Shown: positions 9,338 through 17,636, counted from the first letter of the stretch. The stretch is DNA of 64,000 nucleotides from Parcubacteria group bacterium (GCA_003104935.1 PQAE01000006.1:1037-65036), one strand, 5' to 3'. Translations and numbers: made by a program. The notes: a model not told the origin generated them from the sequence alone.

Positions 9338-9358
9338 TGCTTTTCTTCACTTAAACAA

Positions 9359-9440
9359 TGGAGCCACCCGTCCCGCCTGTGGCGGGACGACCTCTTCCTT
9401 ATGCCGCCTGAGGCGGCACCCCGCCAGCGGGCGTGGCGAA
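9359..9440 (-). pseudogene. 3' fragment of tRNA-Thr(CGT) with palindromic inserts
   Basis: Minus strand: TTCG[35-nt double hairpin]TAA GGAAG AGGTC GTCCCGCCACAGGCGGGAC GGGTGGCTCCA; matches TTCGTAAGGAAGAGG of the intact tRNA-Thr. Confidence 0.65.
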
Positions 9441-9451
9441 ATTATTGTTTG

Positions 9452-9693
9452 TGGAGCCGACTATCGGGCTTGAACCGATGACCTGCGGTTTATGCCGCCA
9501 GAGTATAACGAAGTGCGGCACCCCGCCCGCTGGCGGTGGCGATACCGCCGCTCCCCGCCTGCCTGCGCCTTGGTCTGGAGCCGATGGTCGGAATTGAACC
9601 GACAACCTCTTCCTTACGAAGGAATTGCTCTGCCAGTTGAGCTACATCGGCGCAAGGCCATGGCGGGCAGGTACCAAACTGAGCTAAGTCGGC
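9452..9693 (-). tRNA. Interrupted tRNA-Thr (reconstituted anticodon CGT) with a D-loop insert (9554-9671) and an anticodon insert (9493-9539)
   Basis: Removing both inserts gives a 77-nt cloverleaf GCCGACT TA GCTC AGTTTGGTA GAGC G GCGGT ATCGTAA ACCGC AGGTC ATCGG TTCAAGC CCGAT AGTCGGC T CCA with all four stems perfectly paired; functionality unknown. Confidence 0.7.
9576..9651 (-). tRNA. tRNA-Thr(CGT), intact, nested inside the D-loop insert of the outer tRNA
   Basis: GCCGATGTAGCTCAACTGGCAGAGCAATTCCTTCGTAAGGAAGAGGTTGTCGGTTCAATTCCGACCATCGGCTCCA, 76 nt, encoded CCA. Confidence 0.93.
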
Positions 9694-9699
9694 AAAAAA

Positions 9700-10992
9700 C
9701 TATGGTCGCAACCTATAAATCGTCCGGGGAAATGGAATAGACTCACGCACATGTTGCAGACCGCAGACCCAGGCCACCATTCTTTCTAAACCCAAACCAA
9801 ACCCGCCGTGCGGCACACTGCCATATTTACGCAAATCCAGATACCACTTAAATTCTTCCAAAGGTAATTTATGTTCTTGGATGCGCTTGAGCAAAATGTC
9901 ATAATCATCTTCTCTCTGACTGCCGCCAATAACTTCACCATAACCTTCCGGAGCCAGTAAATCGGCACACAAAACTCTATTATTATCCTCTGGGTCGCGC
10001 TTCATATAAAAAGCTTTGACCTTAGCCGGATAATGGGTAACAAAAATCGGATTATCATGGGTCAGGGATAATTTACCCTCATCTTCGGCGCCCAGATCGT
10101 CATCAGCTTTAATTTTAGAACCGTTTTTTTGCAGCCAGGAAACGGCTTCCGCATGAGTCATCTTGAAAAATGGCTTATCAATGTTTTCCAAGGGCTTAAT
10201 ATCCCTTTCCAAAATGGCCAGCTCTTCTTTATTTTTTTCTAAAACATTTTTGACCATAAAGCGCACCAGTTCTTCCTGAATCTTAAGATTGTCAGCAAGC
10301 TCGGTAAAGGCCATCTCGGCATCCATCATCCAAAACTCGGTCAGATGGCGACGGGTCTTGGATTTTTCCGCGCGGAACACCGGACCAAAATCAAATACCC
10401 GATTGTGGGCAAACATGGCTGCCTCAATATAAAGCTGTCCACTCTGCGACAGGTATGCCGTTTCGTCAAAATACTTGAGTTTAAACAACTCCGTAGTGCC
10501 TTCACAGGCATTAGGAGTTAGAATCGGCGCGTCAATCTTAGTAAAGCCGTTGATTTTCATAAAATCATAAATGGCCAAGGTCAAGGTATTGCGCACGCGC
10601 TGTATGGCCCACTGTTTTTTGGAACGCAACCAGAGATGCCGGATGTCCATCAAAAAATCTATGCCATGATCTTTTTTTGCGATCGGATAATCAGCCGCAA
10701 TCTGATAATAATATAATTCGCTAACCTGCAACTCGTACTCTTCGCGCTTGGGGTGTTTGGCCACTCTGGCGACTACCTTGACGGAACTTTCCAAGCTAAC
10801 ATCTTTGGATTTATGCCAAAGTTCCGGGGCTAATTCCGCCTCGTTTAAAATCGCCTGGCACTGACCCGTGCCGTCGGATAGCTCCCAAAAGGCGATTTTT
10901 CCAGAACTACGAAAATTCTTCACCCAGGCGTTGATTTCTACGCTCTGGCCGACATATTGACCCAAATCTTTGATAAATACTGCCTTAGTCAT
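9700..10992 (-). CDS. asnS: Asparagine--tRNA ligase
   Basis: RHLWLR, AYLSQSGQLY, FRAEKSKTRRHLTEFWM, GGSQRE, PHGGFGLGLER. Confidence 0.96.
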   Translation of the reverse strand: MTKAVFIKDLGQYVGQSVEINAWVKNFRSSGKIAFWELSDGTGQCQAILNEAELAPELWHKSKDVSLESSVKVVARVAKHPKREEYELQVSELYYYQIAADYPIAKKDHGIDFLMDIRHLWLRSKKQWAIQRVRNTLTLAIYDFMKINGFTKIDAPILTPNACEGTTELFKLKYFDETAYLSQSGQLYIEAAMFAHNRVFDFGPVFRAEKSKTRRHLTEFWMMDAEMAFTELADNLKIQEELVRFMVKNVLEKNKEELAILERDIKPLENIDKPFFKMTHAEAVSWLQKNGSKIKADDDLGAEDEGKLSLTHDNPIFVTHYPAKVKAFYMKRDPEDNNRVLCADLLAPEGYGEVIGGSQREDDYDILLKRIQEHKLPLEEFKWYLDLRKYGSVPHGGFGLGLERMVAWVCGLQHVRESIPFPRTIYRLRP

Positions 10993-11035
10993 AGTGCCTA
11001 AATAATAACTAAAAAAGTCATATAATACAAGGCCT

Positions 11036-11689
11036 TTATATGCCGCGGGCTCGAAAAATTACCCCGATGGTGCGGAAAATGATACTAAGATCAAACAAAA
11101 CTATTTTCCACCCGGGATTATGAGCGCAAAAAAGGATATACTCCCGATCCCACTCATATTGAGTAATGTCGGTCATACCTTTGCGGGATTGGTAAGGACC
11201 GGTTAGTCCGGACTTAATTACCTTCTTAGTATAGTTTTGGCGGGCCAGTTGTTTTTTGTAAACCTCCAGATTAACCGGCCGCGGACCAACTACGGAAATG
11301 TCGCCCACAAAAATACTCAGCAGTTGCGGCAACTCGTCTAAATATATTTTTTGCAGGACTCGGCCCACTCTGGTCAGACTGGCGCCGTCGTGCTCCAGCT
11401 CTTTGGTAAAGATAAAAGTTTTGCTTTTTTTTAAAGCGCGGATGACCTGAGGTTTAAAAATATTAAATTTTATAAAATTTACCGGCTGGCCACGAGAAAT
11501 TCTTTTTTCCACATAAAACAAAGGGGCGAAAAACTGCAGATGAATGATGTCTTCCAGAGCAATCAAAATTAAAATAATAAAAAATACCGGCCAGAGCAAT
11601 AAAATAAAAAATCCGGAAAATAAAACGTCAAAAGCCCTTTTTAAAGGGGCTATAGTGACGCAAGGCAGATTCGGATCAAATTCGGGCAT
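11036..11689 (-). CDS. Bacterial sugar transferase (phosphoglycosyl transferase family)
   Basis: KRAFD, LDELPQL, SVVGPRP, GLTG motifs. Confidence 0.88.
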   Translation of the reverse strand: MPEFDPNLPCVTIAPLKRAFDVLFSGFFILLLWPVFFIILILIALEDIIHLQFFAPLFYVEKRISRGQPVNFIKFNIFKPQVIRALKKSKTFIFTKELEHDGASLTRVGRVLQKIYLDELPQLLSIFVGDISVVGPRPVNLEVYKKQLARQNYTKKVIKSGLTGPYQSRKGMTDITQYEWDREYILFCAHNPGWKIVLFDLSIIFRTIGVIFRARGI

Positions 11690-11700
11690 TAATCAAAAAA

Positions 11701-12213
11701 CTAAATTTTTTTAATACTCTTTAGAAAACCGTAGGCGATGGCGCCGCCGATCAGAGCCGTGGCCAGCTGAGGCCAGGACATCATGCCGGAAATGGTCGGG
11801 GCCAATTCCTTTTTTATAACTAAATTAATAACCAAGGTGCTGGTGGACCATAAAAATAGAAACTTTAGCACACTGCCCGCCACTACACCAGACCAAAAAT
11901 CCTTTTGCCAGAGCCGGTCAAAAGCGATGACCATCACTACATTGGAGATCATAATAAAAGGTATCATCGGCGCCAGCAAGGGCGGTAATAAACCAACGGA
12001 CAAAGCAATGGTGCTGGGCAGTAAGGCCAAAATCATGGCATTACTCAGTCCTACCAAAACTACAGCGATAAAAAGCATAGCGTTGATCATGGGACCGGTG
12101 ATCCATTGCTGGTGAAAAAGCGGTAAAATTACTGATATTCCCAGGAGCCCGGCTAACTGGACTACAGTCAAAATTCCTTTTTTTTCTACCGATATTACTT
12201 TACTTAAGGCCAT
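11701..12213 (-). CDS. Hydrogenase-linked membrane protein (ECF S-component-like)
   Basis: Multiple TM helices, QWITGPMINAML, PQLATALIGG; directly downstream of hydA. Confidence 0.7.
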   Translation of the reverse strand: MALSKVISVEKKGILTVVQLAGLLGISVILPLFHQQWITGPMINAMLFIAVVLVGLSNAMILALLPSTIALSVGLLPPLLAPMIPFIMISNVVMVIAFDRLWQKDFWSGVVAGSVLKFLFLWSTSTLVINLVIKKELAPTISGMMSWPQLATALIGGAIAYGFLKSIKKI

Positions 12214-12247
12214 AAAAAATTTTGTTTATTTTTTTTATTTATTTGGA

Positions 12248-12309
12248 TTTACACCGTTAAATCCGGCGACGCCGGACTCCGCCAACGGCGGAATATTTGA
12301 CGGGGTAAA
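12248..12309. repeat. Palindromic element overlapping the hydA stop codon
   Basis: TTTACACCGTTAAAT ... ATTTGACGGGGTAAA ends enclosing two GC hairpins (TCCGGCGACGCCGGA, TCCGCCAACGGCGGA). Confidence 0.7.
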
Positions 12310-14017
12310 CTTCCTTTGATTTTTTCATATAATGCGTATGGCAAACACTCTTGGCATTTTTCTCGTCATCCAGAAAATTTTTATAAACATCCTGCACTAT
12401 CGGGCTGTCCTCGGCCACCCGGATTTTATTTTTAGTATCGATAGAGTACAGACCGGCGGCCCGCTTTTTTCTGATCTCGTCATCGACCGGCACCGGCTGG
12501 CCGCCGCCACCGATGCAGCCGCCAAAGCAAGCCATCACTTCCACATAATCATAAGCCCCGGGATTTTTCTTTAGTTCCGCGATAATAACCTTGGCATTGG
12601 CAATGCCGTTAGCCACCGCCACCTTAACAATTTTATCCTTCACTTTAATATCGGCTTTTTTCAGGCCTTGGATGCCCCGTACTTGTTCAAACTCTATCTT
12701 CGGCAATTTCCGACCGGTGATCATCTTATAGGCCGTACGCAAAGCCGATTCCATCACTCCGCCCGAGGCGCCGTAAATCACGCCGGCTCCGGTGGGCTGG
12801 GCAAATATCGGATCCGGTTTGGATTCGGGCATAGTTTTCAAATCAATGCCCTTTTTTCTAAAGATATGGGCCGCTTCCCGTACCGTATAGACATGGTCAA
12901 CGGCTCTTAGACCACTAATCTTCATCTCCGCCCTTTGTACCTCATATTTTTTAGCCACACAGGGCATGATGGACACCACTATTATATCCTTGGGATTGAG
13001 CTTCATTTTTTTGGCCCAGTAGGTCTTGATCAGCCCGGCCATGATCATCTGCGGCGATCGGGTGCTGGTCAGATAAGGGATGAGCTCGGGATGAAAAAAC
13101 TCTACATACTTGACCCAACCTGGACAGCAAGAAGTAAACAACGGCAAATTTTTCTTATTTTTAATTCGTTCAATCAACTCTTTAGCTTCTTCAATGGTGG
13201 TGACGTCCGCTCCCACGCTGGTATCAAAAACATATTTAACTCCTAATTTTTTTAAAGCGCTGATCAGACGCCCGGTAGCTACAGTGCCGTAGGGCAAGCC
13301 GAATTCCTCGCCGATAGTCGTACGCACCGAAGGCGCAAACTGCCAGACTACGGTCTTATCCGGCCGTTCAAATACTAGGTCTGAGTCCTCAAATTCTCCC
13401 ACGCCCTCAAAGGCGCCGACCGGACAATGGGTCAGACATTGACCGCAATAAATACAATCATGACAGGGATCGGCTGAGGGCATGACTTCAAAAAACTTGC
13501 CGTGTTTTTTATATTCCAGAAAATCCACGCCGACCTTATGACAGGCTTCTACGCAGAGTCCGCAGTCCACGCACTTTGAGCTGTCAAACTCCAGAGCCGG
13601 TCCAAAACGATGCACCGGATAACCGGCTTTGCGGTCGGGAAACTTATTAATGTTAATTTTCCAATCTTTGGCATAATGCCTGATTTTACAATTCTGCAAA
13701 TAAATACAGTCGCGGCATTCTTCGCAATGCTCGGTAAATATTAATTCTAAATTTACGGCCCGCGCTCTCCTGGCATCGGATGCCTCGCTATTTACTTCCA
13801 ATCCTTCCTGCACCGACAAAGTGCAGGCCGACTGCAGGCCCGGTTTGCCTTTGATTTTGACCTGGCAAAGACGGCAGGAACCCTGGATTTTTAAGTCCGG
13901 GTGAAAACAAAGATGGGGGATCTCCTGGCCATTGGCCAGAGCCACTTCTAAAACATTTTGCCCAGGATCAGCCAAACAGGTTTTACCGTTGATAATGATT
14001 TTTATCTTTTTAGACAT
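12257..14017 (-). CDS. hydA: [FeFe]-hydrogenase, group A catalytic subunit
   Basis: N-terminal 2Fe-2S (CFHP..GSCRLC), HCEECRDC and two 4Fe-4S motifs; H-cluster motifs FTSCCPGW, MPCVAKKYE, EVMACFGGCIGGGGQP. Start placed at MSKKIK (14017) to avoid overlap with the upstream gene. Confidence 0.93.
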   Translation of the reverse strand: MSKKIKIIINGKTCLADPGQNVLEVALANGQEIPHLCFHPDLKIQGSCRLCQVKIKGKPGLQSACTLSVQEGLEVNSEASDARRARAVNLELIFTEHCEECRDCIYLQNCKIRHYAKDWKININKFPDRKAGYPVHRFGPALEFDSSKCVDCGLCVEACHKVGVDFLEYKKHGKFFEVMPSADPCHDCIYCGQCLTHCPVGAFEGVGEFEDSDLVFERPDKTVVWQFAPSVRTTIGEEFGLPYGTVATGRLISALKKLGVKYVFDTSVGADVTTIEEAKELIERIKNKKNLPLFTSCCPGWVKYVEFFHPELIPYLTSTRSPQMIMAGLIKTYWAKKMKLNPKDIIVVSIMPCVAKKYEVQRAEMKISGLRAVDHVYTVREAAHIFRKKGIDLKTMPESKPDPIFAQPTGAGVIYGASGGVMESALRTAYKMITGRKLPKIEFEQVRGIQGLKKADIKVKDKIVKVAVANGIANAKVIIAELKKNPGAYDYVEVMACFGGCIGGGGQPVPVDDEIRKKRAAGLYSIDTKNKIRVAEDSPIVQDVYKNFLDDEKNAKSVCHTHYMKKSKEVYPVKYSAVGGVRRRRI

Positions 14018-14023
14018 ATTATT

Positions 14024-14057
14024 TTTCGCCCACAGGACAATCACCCTCTGGGTGATA
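14024..14057. repeat. Degenerate double-hairpin repeat between the NuoF-like gene and hydA
   Basis: TTTCGCCCACAGGACAATCACCCTCTGGGTGATA resembles TTTCGCCCAAAGGGCGATTTGCCTTTGGCGGAAA at 54776-54809. Confidence 0.5.
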
Positions 14058-15033
14058 TTTTTATTTTGGCCAACAAACTGCGGAAGGGGACGACCACGGA
14101 TTTTCCTAAAGCACAAAAACTTGTGTTTTCCAAAACAAACATTAAATCCTCTATTTTTTTAGCGTCCAGCTTTTTATTTTCCAGCATCTTTTCCAGGCGA
14201 TAAGTGCCTTCGCGGCAGGGCGTACACTTGTCGCAATTTTCCCGCATAAAAAAAGTAACCCAAAACTTCATCAGCTGATACAAATCTGTTTTGGCTCTGT
14301 CAAAAATTACGATCGCTCCGGAACCACCCACTTTTTTCTTGGTCTCGCTAGGCAGTAATATTTCGCCGCTGGCTCCCCCGCCGATTTGCAAAAAATAATC
14401 TGTTTTCGGCAGATTGCCGGTGTGTTGTAAAATCCTCTGGATGGACCAGGAGTCCGGCAGTTCATACACGCCTGGTTTTTTGACGTCGCCGGAAATAGTA
14501 TAAAATCTGCTGTGTTGATATTTATTTTTAGCGATCTGACTGACAAAATAAAATGTTTCAATGTTATTAATCAATGTCGGGCAACCGAAAATGCCGGCTT
14601 GTCCCGGATAAGGCGGCTTAATTCGCGGTCGCGCCAGGTGATGCTCTATTTCCTGACATAACACTGTTTCCTCGCCGGAAAGATAGCCGCCTTTTTCACG
14701 AAATAATTTGATCGGAGCGCGGCCGATGAGCTTCTCCAGCTTAGCTTTATATTTCCGATAATAATCTTTGCGCAAAAAAATAATGGCCGTGGCATGGTCA
14801 ATATACTGCAGAGCGATTTTAATACCGCTAATCAGCTCCGCCGGATAGTGAGCTAAAATATAGCCGTCCTTCAAAACATTGGGCTCTCCCTCGGAGCCGT
14901 TTGCCACAATATACTTTTTTTCCGCCAACTGATTTTTTACTGCCTGCCATTTTACAGCTGTCGGAAAAGCCGCTCCGCCACGTCCGCTGAGCTGAGCTGA
15001 TTCTAATTTGGCGATGATGTCCCCCTTAGCCAT
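14041..15033 (-). CDS. NuoF/HydB-like FMN/NADH-binding diaphorase subunit (compact)
   Basis: GRGGAAFP, NGSEGEP, YLSGEET, ENCDKCTPCREG, SFCALG. Confidence 0.9.
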   Translation of the reverse strand: MAKGDIIAKLESAQLSGRGGAAFPTAVKWQAVKNQLAEKKYIVANGSEGEPNVLKDGYILAHYPAELISGIKIALQYIDHATAIIFLRKDYYRKYKAKLEKLIGRAPIKLFREKGGYLSGEETVLCQEIEHHLARPRIKPPYPGQAGIFGCPTLINNIETFYFVSQIAKNKYQHSRFYTISGDVKKPGVYELPDSWSIQRILQHTGNLPKTDYFLQIGGGASGEILLPSETKKKVGGSGAIVIFDRAKTDLYQLMKFWVTFFMRENCDKCTPCREGTYRLEKMLENKKLDAKKIEDLMFVLENTSFCALGKSVVVPFRSLLAKIKISPRG

Positions 15034-15073
15034 ATTAGCTATTATTTTAGCACATTTTTCAAATTATTTAAAC

Positions 15074-15107
15074 AAAAAACACAGGCTTGGGTTAAACCTG
15101 TGTTTTG
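15074..15107 (-). terminator. Terminator-like hairpin after the anti-sigma gene
   Basis: AAAACACAGG...CCTGTGTTTT with a T-run on the minus strand. Confidence 0.6.
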
Positions 15108-15127
15108 AAAAAACTATTTTCGTTTTT

Positions 15128-16171
15128 TTAATCTTTGTGACCTGGCTCCCGCCCCTTTCTTTCGTCCTGATCATCATCTCGTCCTTGAGTGCTTGTCGCA
15201 GTGCTGGTGGCAACTCTGTGTTCATTATCATCATTATCAATACCGCTCCCGGTAGTAGTGGCCCGACGCTTGTCTTCCTGTTCCTTTTTTTTCTGATCTT
15301 CCGGACAGCGCCCGATAGTATCATCGTGTGACAAATGAGCCGCCAAAGCGGACTGAGCGATTATCAAATCATGCGATATGTTGGAGCCAGTTTTGTGGCA
15401 GACCATTAGCTTTTTTTCCAATATCCAACCCGGCGTGGTAGTAGCCGTAGATGTCGCGGTACTAGTCGCGGTAGAAGTCGCCGTGTTGATGATAAATTTC
15501 CAACCCTGACCTTCAAAATGAACTTTAATGGCGCCGTTATCTTCTTCCTCGGCTTCAATGTCAAATTGCTGGTTCTTATCTTTATTCTTAAATTTCGCCT
15601 GCCATTGCTCGGCACTATCCGAATCGGACAATTTATCTTCGATTGTTTTGACAATTCGCTCCACTTGGCTGTCCGCCCGACGATCACCGCTAGCCGCTAC
15701 CTGGCTTCGCAAATTAGCTACTAGATTCAGGGCGGTTTCTATGTTCTGGTCATTACTCTTCTCCTGTTCTAGTTTCAAATTTCCGGAATTTTTTTGTTTA
15801 TTAGCGTTATCAATAATAACTCTTAACTCCCCTGCTCTTTCCTCGGCAAATTTGACGCGTAATTCATTTTTCTTTTGCGGCACGCTCAATGCCAGCTGGA
15901 CTTTCTCCACAGCCTGATCTAAGGGAAATAAGACGTCGCCGGGTTTGGCATAATCCGCCGCCCGGACTGTAGCCACTGACCCGCCCAGTAACAAAACGAT
16001 AATTAAAGATACTATGCCCATATGTTTATAATTTAATGACAAATAAAAAGACCAGTGACTCGGCGATTGTTGTCTCCGAGATAAGATATTTAACCATAAC
16101 TTCGCGCTTTCCCCAACGCTCAAGTCTCTGGGTCTAATCTGCTCTAATTTTTTTTCTAAATTATTTGTCAT
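15128..16171 (-). CDS. Putative anti-sigma factor (TM, DUF5667-like region, Thr/Ser linker, Cys/His C-terminal module)
   Basis: Overlaps the ECF sigma stop; TM segment; AKPGDVLFPLD..EKVQL motif; TATS repeats; VCHK...AHLSHDD..GRC. Confidence 0.7.
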   Translation of the reverse strand: MTNNLEKKLEQIRPRDLSVGESAKLWLNILSRRQQSPSHWSFYLSLNYKHMGIVSLIIVLLLGGSVATVRAADYAKPGDVLFPLDQAVEKVQLALSVPQKKNELRVKFAEERAGELRVIIDNANKQKNSGNLKLEQEKSNDQNIETALNLVANLRSQVAASGDRRADSQVERIVKTIEDKLSDSDSAEQWQAKFKNKDKNQQFDIEAEEEDNGAIKVHFEGQGWKFIINTATSTATSTATSTATTTPGWILEKKLMVCHKTGSNISHDLIIAQSALAAHLSHDDTIGRCPEDQKKKEQEDKRRATTTGSGIDNDDNEHRVATSTATSTQGRDDDQDERKGREPGHKD

Positions 16172-16694
16172 GTTTTTTTAATAATTCTTCCATTTTTTTC
16201 AAAGCCCGATAGTGCCTAATTTTCACATTATTTTCCGTAATTTCCAGAACAGCGGCGATCTCTTTGAGAGTCAGTTGCGACCAATACCTGAGTTCTATTA
16301 CCAGACGGTACTTTTCGTCTAATAAATTCAGCACCTTCCGAATCTGACCAAAATCCTCCGGTATAAATTCATAGCTATCACGGATATTTCCGTCCTGCCA
16401 CTGAGCCGCAGGCTTTTCCTGATAATGCCGGCTGAGTTTGCGACGGGCAATTCGGTAAACAAAGCCATAAAACTGAGCGTCGCTGTGGTAATTAAACCTA
16501 CCGCTGGCACGCCACAAATCAATGAATAACTCCTGTAAAATATCTTGGGCATCCTCCCTAGTCTTACTACGGGACAGTAAAAAACGAAATAAGGGCTGAT
16601 GCAAAATCTGATAAAAGCCGTAAAAAGCCTCCTCATTTCCCTGCCGGCTCGCGGCCAGCAAATCTTTAATATTGGGATTACTTGGTGTTTGCAC
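16161..16694 (-). CDS. ECF RNA polymerase sigma factor
   Basis: DAQDILQELFIDLW (region 2); LTLKEIAAVLEITENNVKIRHYRAL (region 4). Confidence 0.92.
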   Translation of the reverse strand: MQTPSNPNIKDLLAASRQGNEEAFYGFYQILHQPLFRFLLSRSKTREDAQDILQELFIDLWRASGRFNYHSDAQFYGFVYRIARRKLSRHYQEKPAAQWQDGNIRDSYEFIPEDFGQIRKVLNLLDEKYRLVIELRYWSQLTLKEIAAVLEITENNVKIRHYRALKKMEELLKKHDK

Positions 16695-16707
16695 TTTTTA
16701 GGTCTTC

Positions 16708-16738
16708 TTAGATGCCATTATCTTAGCAAAAAGTTACA
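16708..16738 (-). promoter_or_regulatory. Candidate ECF autoregulatory promoter
   Basis: Minus strand TGTAAC-17-GCATCTAA immediately upstream of the sigma gene, resembling the AAC...CGTC/TCTAA ECF consensus. Confidence 0.5.
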
Positions 16739-16782
16739 AAATCAGCCAAAGGCGGCCCTTTGGCTGTACAAAAAATTTCAAT

Positions 16783-17166
16783 CTATTGACGAGTGGCGTT
16801 ATATAGTTCGCCCAGCACGAAACTGGCGATAGCATAGGCCGACAAAACTATGGCAATACCCACTATACCAGCGCCCATAGTTTTTTTTGCTTCATCTATT
16901 TTCTCCGATGATCCCATAGAAAGCATCCATCTGAATCCGCCTAGTAAGAAAAGGAGGACAGCAATTACCCCTAAAAAGCCCAATAGAACATTGATAATTC
17001 CTGCGATAGCGGTTCGTAAATCTTTATTACCCAGCCGCACACCCTGTTGGATCAGATCATTGACTCCATAATAAGCGTCGGCATTATCGGCTAAAGTAAC
17101 TTGAGGGGCTACCAGCGCCGGCGTGAGCAATAGGGACAGAACAAATATTTTTTTTAGCAAAGCCAT
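16783..17166 (-). CDS. VirB2/TrbC-like pilin, copy 1
   Basis: Signal peptide, IINVLLGFLGVIAV, two TM helices; likely start MALLKK. Confidence 0.8.
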   Translation of the reverse strand: MALLKKIFVLSLLLTPALVAPQVTLADNADAYYGVNDLIQQGVRLGNKDLRTAIAGIINVLLGFLGVIAVLLFLLGGFRWMLSMGSSEKIDEAKKTMGAGIVGIAIVLSAYAIASFVLGELYNATRQ

Positions 17167-17264
17167 AAACTTAACAGTTTTAATATTTAACGGCACAAAC
17201 AAATCCATTTAAAATACCACCGCTAGAAAAATTGTCAAGCTGAACTCCTAAGCGTTCCCAAAAA

Positions 17265-17636
17265 CTATCTCGTACCATTATACAACTCACCCAGCACAAA
17301 ACTGGAAATGGCATAAGCCGACAAGACTATGGCCAAACCAATCACGCCCGCAATAATTGCGGCACGGCCGGAACTATTTTTATCGGCCTGGCCCTGCGAA
17401 GTCATAATCTGAAATCCACCGTAAATAACTGCCACCACGGCGATCACGCCTAAAAAACCCAAAATAACATTGATAATACCGGCGATGGTAGTGCGTAGAT
17501 CTTTACTTCCCAGACGCACGCCTTGCTGGACTAAATCGTTAATACCATAATAAATATCAGCGTTATCCGCAAAAGTTACACGCGGCGCAAACAAAGCCGG
17601 GATTATTAACAGTGCAAGGATAAATAATCTATTCAT
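17265..17636 (-). CDS. VirB2/TrbC-like pilin, copy 2
   Basis: Close paralog of the adjacent gene (ADNADIYYGINDLVQQGVRLG). Confidence 0.8.
   Translation of the reverse strand: MNRLFILALLIIPALFAPRVTFADNADIYYGINDLVQQGVRLGSKDLRTTIAGIINVILGFLGVIAVVAVIYGGFQIMTSQGQADKNSSGRAAIIAGVIGLAIVLSAYAISSFVLGELYNGTR

Noticed and set aside
9493-9671. Group I/II intron or archaeal bulge-helix-bulge intron explanation for the tRNA inserts
   Set aside because: The inserts (47 nt, and 42 nt excluding the nested tRNA) are too short for self-splicing cores, and I could not draw a convincing BHB at the junctions.
9399-9740. ORFs 9399-9605 (-) and 9492-9740 (+)
   Set aside because: GC-rich open frames across tRNA and palindrome sequence, with no protein features.
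14018-14116. Extended N-terminus of HydA from the ORF track
   Set aside because: It overlaps the NuoF-like gene on the same strand; MSKKIKIIING is a typical start for the 2Fe-2S domain.
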